Below, piece after piece: positions 1 to 10,200 of a stretch of DNA of 64,000 nt (position 1 is its first letter; each line of letters begins with the position of its first letter). A program made the position numbers and the translations under genes. The stretch lies in NCBI GenBank assembly GCA_019828565.1, contig JAHDYR010000008.1, positions 1-64,000 of the forward strand. The letters run 5' to 3'. This DNA is from Carpediemonas membranifera BICM (taxonomy: Eukaryota > Protista > Fornicata). The notes below the pieces were generated by a model, which had not been told where the DNA came from, searched no databases, and saw nothing but the letters and a program-made list of their open reading frames with translations.

Positions 1-1385
1 TTTGCGGGTGGCCTCCTTGTCGTTGAGATAACCAAGGAACACTTGAGGGCCACTGAAGCAGATCTCGCCAATCTCGCCGTCTTCAAGGACGTCACCAGCG
101 GACCCGTCCTCCTTCATGGCCTGGCGGATAGTGAGGGGGAAGTTGGGGGCACTGTAGCCGACAAACAGGGAGATGCTGGTAGGGTCCTCGAGGTCGACGG
201 GGGTGTACGTGCAGAAGCCACCGACCTCCGTCAGACCAAGACCGGTGGCGACCTTCATGGTGGGGCCGCCCATGGCTATCACCTTTCTCATGAAATCGGC
301 AGTGACGGATTGACCGCCATAGACTGCGAATTTGAGGGAAGAAAGGTCGTACTTGCCCTCAGTGTACTCCTTGACGCGCCACTCTAGCTGGAACATGGAG
401 GGAATCTGACCAATCCTGTGTGAGTTGGTTGAAAGAAGAGGGGTACATACATGGAAACACGGTGCTGGTGGATGGCTTCGAGGCACGTCTTGGCATCAAA
501 GACAGGGATGAGGACGCCAGTGCAGCCGGAGACGATGGTAATGCAGAGGAGCTCGCCGATGCCGCCGATGTGACTGAGGGGTAGGTTCAGCAGCACCCTG
601 TCTTCAGCCGTAAAGGCCACGAGCGTACACAGGTTCTTAGCCTGCACTGCTAGGTTCTGGTGGGAGATCAGGGCGGGCTTGGGGTTGCCAGTGGACCCCG
701 TGGTGAAGATGATGAGGCATGGATCATCCTTCTCGAGGGCAGCAGAGATACGACGGACGGAACCAGAGATCATCGTCACAGCAAGATGCCACACGGCGAA
801 CTTAAGGAAGCGTTTGATGTGGACAGCGCCGGGGATGATGTCAGCGGGAGCTTCGGAAGGTTGGACCTGGATGAACTTGACCTCGGGGTGCTTGGCGACG
901 GAGGGGGCAATGTTGGGGCGCAGGTCGATCTTGGCGAGGCCGAGGAAGAAGAAAGCCTTGGGCCGGGTCTTCTCGATGCAGTATTCTATCTCGTCAGTCT
1001 TGAGGCGCAAGTCGATAGGGCACATAATGGCACCGATGCGCATGGCGGCGATGAAGAGGGAGACGTGCACGGGGAGGGCGGGGAGGTACGTCATGATGAC
1101 GTCGCCCTTCTGGATCCCGTGGGCACGAAGGACAGCGGCGATAGCATTCGTCTGAGTGCGGAACTTGGAGCGGGTGATCATCTCACCGGTGCTGTGATCG
1201 ATCAGAGCGATGGAATCAGGGCGAATGTTCGCCCAGTGGTCCACAGAACCAAAGAGAGTGCCCGAATCGCCGCAGTTGGCGTTAATAGCCTTGATAGAAT
1301 CTTGGTAATTCTTCAGCCAGCGTGCGTAGATCTCATTGTCTTCATTCAGAACGCCGCCGGGAAATGGAAGATTTTCCGTTGACAT
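1..1385 (-). CDS. AMP-binding (adenylate-forming) acyl-CoA synthetase, 3' end runs off the window; intron 416-450
   Basis: AMP-binding motif IIFTTGSTGNPKP. Splicing the 35-nt intron GTATGT..TCACACAG continues the frame into GQIPSMF, YGGQ, GLGLTE and GEICFSGPQVFLGY. First ATG at 1385 (MSTENLPF). Confidence 0.9.
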
Positions 1386-1570
1386 TTGTGCCGTTCTGTC
1401 GATTTGTTCGTTGTAGTCCAGGAAAGAATTTAGGGGAGAATTTAAGCCGTCTTCTGAAAGATACTTTCCTCTCTCGAAAGCCCCGAAAAGCGCTACAACC
1501 AGCCACACCCGTCACCAACTTTCCCTCTGATCTCAATCGTATCGTGAGTCAATCATACAGGATCGAGCCT

Positions 1571-2761
1571 TTATTCCACTTCGCCCGCCCTCCTCGGCTC
1601 AGCCCTAGTACGCTGAGTAAAGTGCCCGAGGTCCGTCGTCAGTCTAGCGACGAGTCGGGCCTGCTCCTCTTGAACCTCCCTCGCGTCCTTTGGTTGCCAG
1701 TAGGCTTGGGCAGTGTAGCACTTGAACGCTGCCGGTGACACAATCTCGGATAGTTGACGGTCCGTGATATCGTCGTATCTTGCCTTGACATCCCGCACGA
1801 TCAAGGCGACCGTGATCTCTGCCAGCCTGGTTGCTGCCCTGCCAGCAGATGTATGGTCACGCTTGACTGTCGAGAGCCGGCTTAAGAGATCAGGCAGACT
1901 ATCGAACGAGCACTCGTCGGCCAGCATGCTGACAGCAAGAAGGTGATTCGAATCACTAGTCGGCAACAGCGTCCGAGCGGCAAGGATGAACGGTCTCTCA
2001 AGCCCCACGTCCGATAGTATCCGTGCCACTGCGATCTCCTGGAAGTAGACGCCGAGAGCTTGCTTGTCAATCATCTTCGGGTTGGGGATGTAGGCATAGC
2101 CTTCCCAGGCAGTCAACGTGTCCGAATACCGCTCGCTGTTGTTGTACTGTGTTGCCAAGAGGGAATGGAAGACTGAAATTGACCTTGGCGACATAATCTG
2201 CACCATTCTCTGAAGCTCGGCGACAGCGGAGGCGTGTCTGGCAAAGATTGTCATCACCTTGATAGTCAACCGGGGGCATGCCTTGAAGTGCAACGGATGT
2301 CCGTTCATGAATATACGCCGCATGATGTCGATATGAATATCGTCGACGTGGTGTTTTGCCTCTTCCACCGCCTTCTCGGCCATCAAACGCTCAACTGGAG
2401 CAGTCACCGCATCACCACTGACATTCGGGTCGAGCAAGGCACGCATGATTTGCATCATCGGGAGTGCGTGAATTGCTGGGTCGCCAGTGAGGAGAAGACT
2501 CTGGTCCGTGGGGTCCACTTTGGCCCGCTCGAACTCTTTGAGGAGGCTAGTACCAATTGTATCGACGAATCTGTTAAATCGCATGGGTTCTGCCTCGTTA
2601 AAGGGGCCTATACGCTCACAAGCCAAGCGAACTTGCTCAAGAGGAAGGTTGGAATCCCCACGGGCGTTATCCATCATATCATCGGCTGTACTACGTATAT
2701 CGATTCCTCTTCTCTCCCAGAAGTTAGGAGGTATTTGCCCAGCGCCACCAATCTGTCTCAT
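1571..2761 (-). CDS. Hypothetical protein, 396 aa
   Basis: Long ATG-started ORF filling the space between neighbours; no motif recognised. Confidence 0.65.
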   Translation of the reverse strand: MRQIGGAGQIPPNFWERRGIDIRSTADDMMDNARGDSNLPLEQVRLACERIGPFNEAEPMRFNRFVDTIGTSLLKEFERAKVDPTDQSLLLTGDPAIHALPMMQIMRALLDPNVSGDAVTAPVERLMAEKAVEEAKHHVDDIHIDIMRRIFMNGHPLHFKACPRLTIKVMTIFARHASAVAELQRMVQIMSPRSISVFHSLLATQYNNSERYSDTLTAWEGYAYIPNPKMIDKQALGVYFQEIAVARILSDVGLERPFILAARTLLPTSDSNHLLAVSMLADECSFDSLPDLLSRLSTVKRDHTSAGRAATRLAEITVALIVRDVKARYDDITDRQLSEIVSPAAFKCYTAQAYWQPKDAREVQEEQARLVARLTTDLGHFTQRTRAEPRRAGEVE

Positions 2762-2960
2762 GTCAATTCATGGCCGCTTATCCTGCGCGTTTTGGGCCTT
2801 TCTGGAGACGGCTCTTGACGGCACGGGACAAGTCAGCCATGGGACTATGCCACGTCAGCTGTACCTGCGTCTGTGTCTGAGAACGCAGGTTAATGATCAA
2901 GGCACTCTAGTGATCGAGCGAAAGCCATTTTTCCGGTCCTTTTGAGTATTCAGTAACGTA

Positions 2961-4793
2961 ATGCTTGCAAGAACATTTCATATTCCCGTTATTCTGGCAT
3001 TGGTTGTGTTCGCTGCCTGTACGATGCACACAGAGACATATCCCTTCTCCCCCTTCTTCAGCCAGCTGTTTTCCCTCGATCACACACATATACCTTCTTC
3101 AGATCAGCCTGCATGGGCGCAAATCACCGAGACGGCCAAAGGCTACCGTCTCTATCGGCAAAGGTCAGACAGCTGTCCCGACGATTGCATGACTTCCTAC
3201 ATACCCATCCCAACTCACCCAGGGCTCCACCCAGAGAAGGGACAGGCTATATGGCGCGAGCTTCCAGCAATAGGAGGCGTTGACCTCCCACCGGTCGCGC
3301 AGAACCAGCTCAACGTCTATGCTGAGCTCCGGTGCAACTGCGCCAACTCAACCAAGCATGCATCCATCGCAAGACCCTTGCGCGCAGCTCCAGTAAGCCC
3401 TATCCAGATTGATCTAGCAAGGGACGGGCTAGAAGGACTTGAGAAGATCATCCTGGTTCATGTCAAGGGGCTGACAAGGGCTAGGGGGGCACGGTACACG
3501 CGATACAACCCCGTACTCGAGATGGATGACGGTTTGCACACTTGGAGATTCCCCGCATATACAAGCACGGGCGACGCAGATTCGGACTTTATTGAGCTCA
3601 TCACGGGCGAATATCACGCGATAACACCCTCCAGCGCCCCTGAGGCGAGTCCGTACCAGTTTACCGACAACATCTTCAAGGCGTACCGCCGGAAACGGTA
3701 TGCCAACATGCTCACATCCGACCACTGTCTTTCCCTCGGTGGAGCGATCCACGGCTTTTCTATGCCGTCGATACTGTCATACTTCATGACAGGCCCCGGT
3801 TGTGACTCCATTTCAGTCGAGACGGAGTCACAAGTGCAATTTATGGTCGATTACACGACTGCGGTTCTCCAACATGAGCAGCCGGCCATAATGGTACTTA
3901 ACGTCGAGCACGTAGTCGACAGTCAGGTCGATAAGGCTCTAGCCGACCTCCATGCGGCTGCCGTGAATCACGGGAAGACTGGCATCATTGTGTCAGGATC
4001 GCATTGTGACAATCCCGCGACAATATGGGATACGATCTCCGCGGATCTGCCACTATTGGATATAACACTACCCGCCCATTTCGTCGAGGCCCATCCCATG
4101 TTCGAGGAAGCCCTCGAGGCACACATTGGCGATGCAGTCAGGCCTAGAGACGTCATGCTGACGCTGATTCACCTCATTCAGCGGCACCACGCCCTGATTG
4201 ACAGAGAAGGCAAGCATCCGGACGCCATGTCGCTAATGCTGCCTTCTAAGTCCACTAGTGTCGCCCGGAGGACATCGGCAATGGCCGGGCTCGAAAGCAT
4301 ATTGGATCAGATACCAACACCGCCAGATACTGACCTGGATGAGACTAAGATGCGTGAGATCATCATGGATTGGCTTAGACTGCACATTCGACTCCAGAAG
4401 TCGACCGAGTTACTCCGAATTGATGGGCCGGTTCTTGTCAGAGACATGGGCTTGACTTTGATTCAAGTCACTGCCACTTTGTCAACAGGCGAGCGGTTCC
4501 CAGTGTATCTTGCCCGGGTCGGAGGTGAAGAGTCTGTTATTGCTGCAGACCTTGTCGGCATGGAACGTATTGACTTGGGCGATGGGTCGACTGGCCTCCC
4601 GTTCTGGATCTTGCCCCTCGTTGGTGTTGTGGTATTAGCCTTAGCTGGCATTGGCATTTGTTTCTTCCGCCGCCGCCCACTGCATGGCAAGTCTGACCCA
4701 ACCCTTCCAGTGTTCGATGTTGATGACATGGCAGTGTCATCCCTGCCCATGTTTGGCACGAAACGCCGCACCAAACTTGAGGCCGAGACATAA
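2961..4793 (+). CDS. Type I membrane protein with a degenerate DUF229 / alkaline-phosphatase-fold domain
   Basis: N-terminal signal-like segment and C-terminal TM (FWILPLVGVVVLALAGIGICFF-RRR). Segments NIFKAYRRKRY, GIIVSGSH and LPLLDITLPAHFVEAHP..RPRDVMLTL resemble DUF229 blocks. Confidence 0.6.
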   Translation: MLARTFHIPVILALVVFAACTMHTETYPFSPFFSQLFSLDHTHIPSSDQPAWAQITETAKGYRLYRQRSDSCPDDCMTSYIPIPTHPGLHPEKGQAIWRELPAIGGVDLPPVAQNQLNVYAELRCNCANSTKHASIARPLRAAPVSPIQIDLARDGLEGLEKIILVHVKGLTRARGARYTRYNPVLEMDDGLHTWRFPAYTSTGDADSDFIELITGEYHAITPSSAPEASPYQFTDNIFKAYRRKRYANMLTSDHCLSLGGAIHGFSMPSILSYFMTGPGCDSISVETESQVQFMVDYTTAVLQHEQPAIMVLNVEHVVDSQVDKALADLHAAAVNHGKTGIIVSGSHCDNPATIWDTISADLPLLDITLPAHFVEAHPMFEEALEAHIGDAVRPRDVMLTLIHLIQRHHALIDREGKHPDAMSLMLPSKSTSVARRTSAMAGLESILDQIPTPPDTDLDETKMREIIMDWLRLHIRLQKSTELLRIDGPVLVRDMGLTLIQVTATLSTGERFPVYLARVGGEESVIAADLVGMERIDLGDGSTGLPFWILPLVGVVVLALAGIGICFFRRRPLHGKSDPTLPVFDVDDMAVSSLPMFGTKRRTKLEAET

Positions 4794-4850
4794 AATCATT
4801 TTATTACGGATGCACGCAATTGTTGAAAACAGGGAAGTAGGGTTCGCAGT

Positions 4851-5345
4851 ATGAAATCATGTCTCGAGGATGTCCTGCAGGACATCGGGGTGCCCCTCCC
4901 GCCCGGCCTCACGCTGAAGCAGATGACGGCGGATAAGGTCGCCTCCACCAAGCCGACTAACCCTAAGTGCGTGTTCTGCGGCAAGCACGATTCCAGCATC
5001 ATCGGCCCAATCAAGTCGAGCAAGAAGGCGGGGATATACTTCCACGAGATGTGCGCGCTTAGTCTCCCAGAGGTTTGGAGAGCGGCGCCCTCGCAGCTTG
5101 TCAAGGCCGGGCTGACCCCGCATGAGACGCTGGGCGATCATTGCTGGTTCAATGTCGCCAAGTCGTTCAAGAGAGCTGGCCCGCTCAGGTGTAGCATCTG
5201 CAGCAAGCTGGGTGCGGGCGTGGGTTGCTGGGTGCCCAGTTGCCGCGTCTCCGTGCACTATCACTGTGCGTGCCAGACTGGCTGGGTGTACAAGCCGGAG
5301 CTGCACGGCCAGTTCTTCTGCGAGAAGCATCGGAAGATGGTATAG
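4851..5345 (+). CDS. Stand-alone extended PHD (C2HC + PHD) ORF created by the duplication; ATG comes from the unique flank
   Basis: Identical to the C-terminal ~159 aa of the 44098-45451 gene: CVFC..HEMC..CSIC..GC..C..HYHCA..CEKH. Confidence 0.5.
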   Translation: MKSCLEDVLQDIGVPLPPGLTLKQMTADKVASTKPTNPKCVFCGKHDSSIIGPIKSSKKAGIYFHEMCALSLPEVWRAAPSQLVKAGLTPHETLGDHCWFNVAKSFKRAGPLRCSICSKLGAGVGCWVPSCRVSVHYHCACQTGWVYKPELHGQFFCEKHRKMV

Positions 5346-7208
5346 CCTGCTGGGCGAGTGTATTGTTGTAAAGCCGCGTCAAGACCACTGGAGTGCCATA
5401 AAGTTGAAGCGAACTGCGATCATTTATGCTCAATACTTCAGTTATGGTGCGTCACGCATGACCCTTGACCCGCGCGGTGATGGCCCTGATCTTCTCGGTC
5501 AGCTCCTTCCTGCGATCGAGCTCCTTCATCAGCACACGTACCTTCCGCAGATTCTCCTCTTCGGTCTCCCGGATCCTCTTCTGCATCTCGAGCTCCTTCT
5601 GTAGGATGCGGGGGACGGTCTCATTCGTGAATCTCCTGGCCTCCATCATTTCCTGGACCTCGGCAGTCATCGTCCGAATCATCGCGCGCGCTTCTGACTC
5701 CAGCTTCTCCTTCTGCTCAGCCGCCTCGATCTTGGTGTCGGCCAGCTCGGCGCTGAGTGCATCGACCTCCTTCTGTAAGCCCTCTTGGCGCTTGATGTCC
5801 TCCTGCATGCGTTGGACCTCGCGCTTGTCGTTCTTGCGCTTCTGATCCTGCTTCAGCTCAATCATTCGCGTGACGCTCTCGATCTCCTCGTCCAGCGCTG
5901 CCTCCATTGACGTCATCGAAGCCGCCTCGGCCCTCACACTCTCGGCCTTAAGCTCCAGCTCGGTCTTGGTCTTCGCCTTGGTCGCGGCCTCCGCTTTCAG
6001 GCTCGAGTCAAAGTCAACAAGCGTCTTGCGGCACGCCTTAACCTCGGCCAGCGTCCCGTCGAGCAGGCTGACGGTGCCGGCCAGCTGCGGGGGGACGTTG
6101 TCCCTGAGGGAGTCGACGATCTGCCGCTTGGCGTCTTCAGTCTGGCGGCACTGCGCCTCGACCTGCTCCACCTGGCTTCTGATCGTGGAGAGCCCCTCCT
6201 GGAGGATGTCCCTGGCTTTGACGAGCTCGCTCGTGCCCTGCTGCCGCAGTCTCTTCTCAGCGTCCTCGAGGTCCTTCTTGTGGGCTGCCAGCCGAGCCTT
6301 GGGCGCCTCAACGCGCGCCAGGGACGACGAGGCAAGCTTGTCCAGCTCTGCACGGAGCAGCTTGATCTCTGCCTCGTTGGATGCTGTCTGCTCGACGAGC
6401 TCATTGGTGGCGCGGATGATGTCCTCGCACTCGGCCTCAATCACCTCCCTGGCGGTGAGGGTCTGCCTCCTCGAGGCCCAGCATCGCGCAGACCTGGCGT
6501 TCGGAGTTCGGGTCGTCCACGGGGAGGCCCGCGCATGCGAGGGCGGCGTCGCCCAAGCCTTCCTGCTCGCCATCCATGACGGTGCCCTCTGGCATCGCCC
6601 TGATCCTCTCTTGGTGTTCTGCGACTTGCGCGTTCATCGTGAGGCACGCGTTGTTCAAGCTTTTGAGCACGACAGGAAGGTGGGTCATCTCCTGCCCTGC
6701 CCGGGGGAACTCGCTCAGGTAGTTCATGTCCTCTTTGAGCCCCAGCTCCATCGCTGTGGCGAAGGCCTTGCTGGCGTTCTTGCGAAACTCCGCGAGGCTT
6801 CGCTTGTCGCCATCAGCAACGATGTCGATCTGTACACCAACGTGTTCGAGAGCAATGTGCCTGATGGCTCGACAGAGCGTAGGCATGGATTTCGTAAGGC
6901 TATCTTCGGATACAGCCTCCTTAAAGCCCGAAAACGCAAGCCATTCGATGATGGAGGCGACGTCGGGGCCGCCACGCGTCCGCGAGGGCGTCTTTGGCGC
7001 TTTGGCTACCGATTTTGGCACCGCAAGAGTCGTGCGTCTCTTGCCCGGCGTGCGGGCTCTCGTACTTAGCCCAAATGTCTGTCGGCGCTGCATATTGCGG
7101 AAATCTCATTCATATTCTGCACCGAAGACTACGGCCGGCACGACTGCAGACTGCTCTGCCTGTGGCATGGGTAGGCCGTAGTAATGCTGTTCTGATAGTA
7201 GCCGGCCT
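4861..7208 (+). repeat. Direct segmental duplication, copy of 44967-47312 (~2.35 kb, >99% identical)
   Basis: Sequences align throughout. Differences seen: 4864 and 4871 at the junction, SNPs 5593/45699 and 6292/46397, and 1-nt indels at 6447-6449 and 46195-46199. Confidence 0.97.
5452..7093 (-). CDS. Ndc80/Nuf2-like protein (basic tail, CH-like domain, coiled coil), copy A, +1 frameshift near 6448
   Basis: Removing the extra C at 6447-6449 (absent in copy B) joins ORFs 6437-7093 and 5452-6573 into 546 aa. Confidence 0.6.
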
Positions 7209-7273
7209 CATTCTTATCCTGACACCGGATGAACGGCAAATATCATTTAGTGTACACACGTAAGTAACGTAAT

Positions 7274-10200
7274 TCAGTGCTCAAGGCATAGTAATACATC
7301 TCTGACTCTCGGCCAGATCTCATCGCTCACCGGATCATACCGAATCGGGTTCTTTGTCGCAGCAATTTCATCCGCATCCAGGAGGCAAGCAGGGTCTTCA
7401 GCAGCCGAGTTCACACTGAACATGACGGGTAGTACAAGGTCAGACAGACGATAATCCACCCAAGCCTCGTCACAGGCCAGGGTCTGGAGCGTTGGCACGA
7501 GGGAATGCCGGACGGCCGACAGAATGCCCTCGTTGGGGCAGACGGTGATGATTCCAAGGACCCTGCGGATAGTCTCATAGGCTGCGGGACATGGTTTCGT
7601 GGCCGCACCAGTGAGGATCTCAGCCAGGAGGGAAACACCTAAAACTGCATCGACTGTGGTCGACCCGATATGACTCCAGATCGAGTCAGTCACGGACACC
7701 GTGACGCCAGCTTGGCCTCTGCTGGTCTCCAGGGAGATGGTGTCTCCCGTGAATGCGAGGTATGCAATGACGAGAGGGGTCGTGAGGTCCGTCTGAGTCA
7801 GGAACCTGCTGTGCATTTCCCGTAGCATCGACGTAGCGACTGTGTTGGAGTCAAACTGTAGCAGTACGGGCAGCATGAGCCTTACCAGGGACCAGAGGGG
7901 CCATCCTGCCGGGCTGATTCCCATCATGGAGGCAACGCTGGCCTCATCAGGAGTCATAGACTTTGGCTTGACCGCGGCAAGTGAAGAAAACGGATGGCCC
8001 GACACAGAGAGCGCCTTCGGGTCGAGGATCGCCAGCATCAGGTTGTTTGCCGCCTTCCAGTCCGGCCTAGTGAGCAGGCAGAATGCCGAGAGCCAGAAGA
8101 GGGTCCGTATGTGCTCTGCATTGGCCTCAGAACCAAGCGCCATGTTCGAGACGACAATGGCAAGGGATGACAACGCCTCGTGCATCACAGGGCTGGGGTC
8201 GGGCGTCGCTACCTTCAGCACAGTTTCATGACAGATCTTGACGGCCGACATCGGCGAGTGAAGCAGCCCGACGAGGCATAGTGCTCGCCCCCTGGTAGAT
8301 GCGAGGGCTGGGGCGCTGGCAGGGGCAAAGGCGAGGTGCGAGGCCATCTTGAACCACTCAGACCTGGTTTGGGCCAGCTTGGCAGATGTGTTGGCGGCCA
8401 CTATGGCGAGTCTGACGAGTACGGGAAGGAGTACGTCCATGGCGGCCCCGGGCTCAGGATGGAGGAACGATTCAGCCAAACTAGGGGACGTCAGCTCAGC
8501 GTGGATCTGCTCGAGATCGGGGGACGATGCTTGGGCGATCAAACTGTGGGAGACTGCCCGGACGGTGTCATAGGCGACGGACGCGGTCTCGGGCAGCCCC
8601 ACCGTGAGGGCGAGCACGTGTAGGACAGGCGGCAATGATGCGTCCAGGTTGATACAGTCGAACGCGAGTTGGTGTATCAGGGAAAGGTAGGGGTGGGCGT
8701 CCGCTGGCCGGGCAGACTGGGCCTTGTCGATGCCGCGTCTCACCACAGCGTCCACACAGGGCGCCATGCTCTCAGCCTCACCGACCATGGCGAGTAGAGC
8801 GAGGCCGACGTCCTCGTGGGACTCGGGGTCCTTCTCAAGCGACTCCAGCACGACTCCAATGATTGATTCAACCACATCTGGAGCAGCGCCTGCGTACATG
8901 GCGAGCTGACGCCACACAACCTGCGCCAGGAGCACGCGCTGGCCTGGTAGAGCCCTGGTGAGGGCGAGACCAGCTGACACGATCTCGGGAATCCGCTCGG
9001 GCATGGTCGCGGCAACGATGGAGATGATATGGGGGACGAACTGGAGAGCGGGCATGACCAGCTCGGCGGGCATGCTTGGGGCGAGCTCCATGGCTAGAAC
9101 GCACATGTCGACCGTCAGGGCAGGCAGGGCCTGTCCGAGCTGGCTGACCACGGCGATGACAGTGGGATAGGGCAGCGGCGAGACTGAGACGACAGATGAA
9201 CCACTGCTGGCAACGAACATCCCCTTGGCGACGGACTTGTGTCCGGCGATGGGGTGCATTTTGGTCAGGACGGCGTGGACAAGGGTATAAGCGGCACTGC
9301 GGGCAACTATGTCCGCTGAGAACATGGATGCGAACCCGACTACGAGCATGCGGGCCGGGAGGACGGCCTGGCGCGTCTCCTCGCCCACTACGGCAACAGG
9401 CGCGTCGACCCGGGCCTGGTGGATGCACTCCTGGCATATAGCACTGACCTGCTCGACAGACGCGACAGGGCCGGTTAGGCGGACAGCGGGGCACACTGCT
9501 GAGGCCTCTGACACGAAGATGGTCTCCCCGTCAACGGCGACAGTGACGTCGGCGAGTGCAAAGGCGTCGACCCTGGTGGTCTGGGGGGTCGCCCCGTGCA
9601 TAGTAATGATGAGGTCCTTGGCTGAGATCGACAGCGTGGCGTCATGCCGTGACTTGGGCACTCCCAGGTCAAACGAGTGAAGGATCCTGGCATCCAGCTC
9701 CAACGACCGTGCAGTCAGCGGCATCGGCTGAGCCTTCTCACCGAGGGCCTTGCGGATCATAGACGCAGAGGTGTAGACCCGGATTTTCCGTATGTCCGCC
9801 TGGGACAGAGTTTTCGCTAAACTGCGGAGACTTGAGTCAAAGTCAGTCCCGGGACGAAGCACGTGCAGCGCCTTGAGGTTCTCTCGTGCCTCAGGGGGGA
9901 CCACAGCGAATAGTCTCATGAGCCATGCTGTCGGGACCCTTTGGGCATGGGTGCAGTCAATGACGACCTCGAATGGCAACGTCCAGAAGGGCTGGGCGAT
10001 GTCGATCATGTGCCGCAGGATCGCAGTGTGGTCGAGCTCAGCAGAGTAGTGCTCGCCGCGCCACCAGAACAGGGGACGCCTCTCGGCCGACTGGCCCGAC
10101 TGGACGAAGACGGCGGAGGCGGCCTCAAGCAGGGCTGGGTCGATGTTGTCCGAGTGGCGTTTGAACTCGTCAAGGTGCGGGGATGCGATAGAGCCAGAGT

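Noticed and set aside
5870-7069. Long antisense and alternative-frame ORFs (this one and many others)
   Set aside because: Shadows of GC-rich coding sequence on the opposite strand, with no motifs.
4857-7211. TCAT target-site duplication implying a transposon
   Set aside because: Only 4 bp and partly inside the homology; no terminal repeats, and no equivalent at the second duplication.
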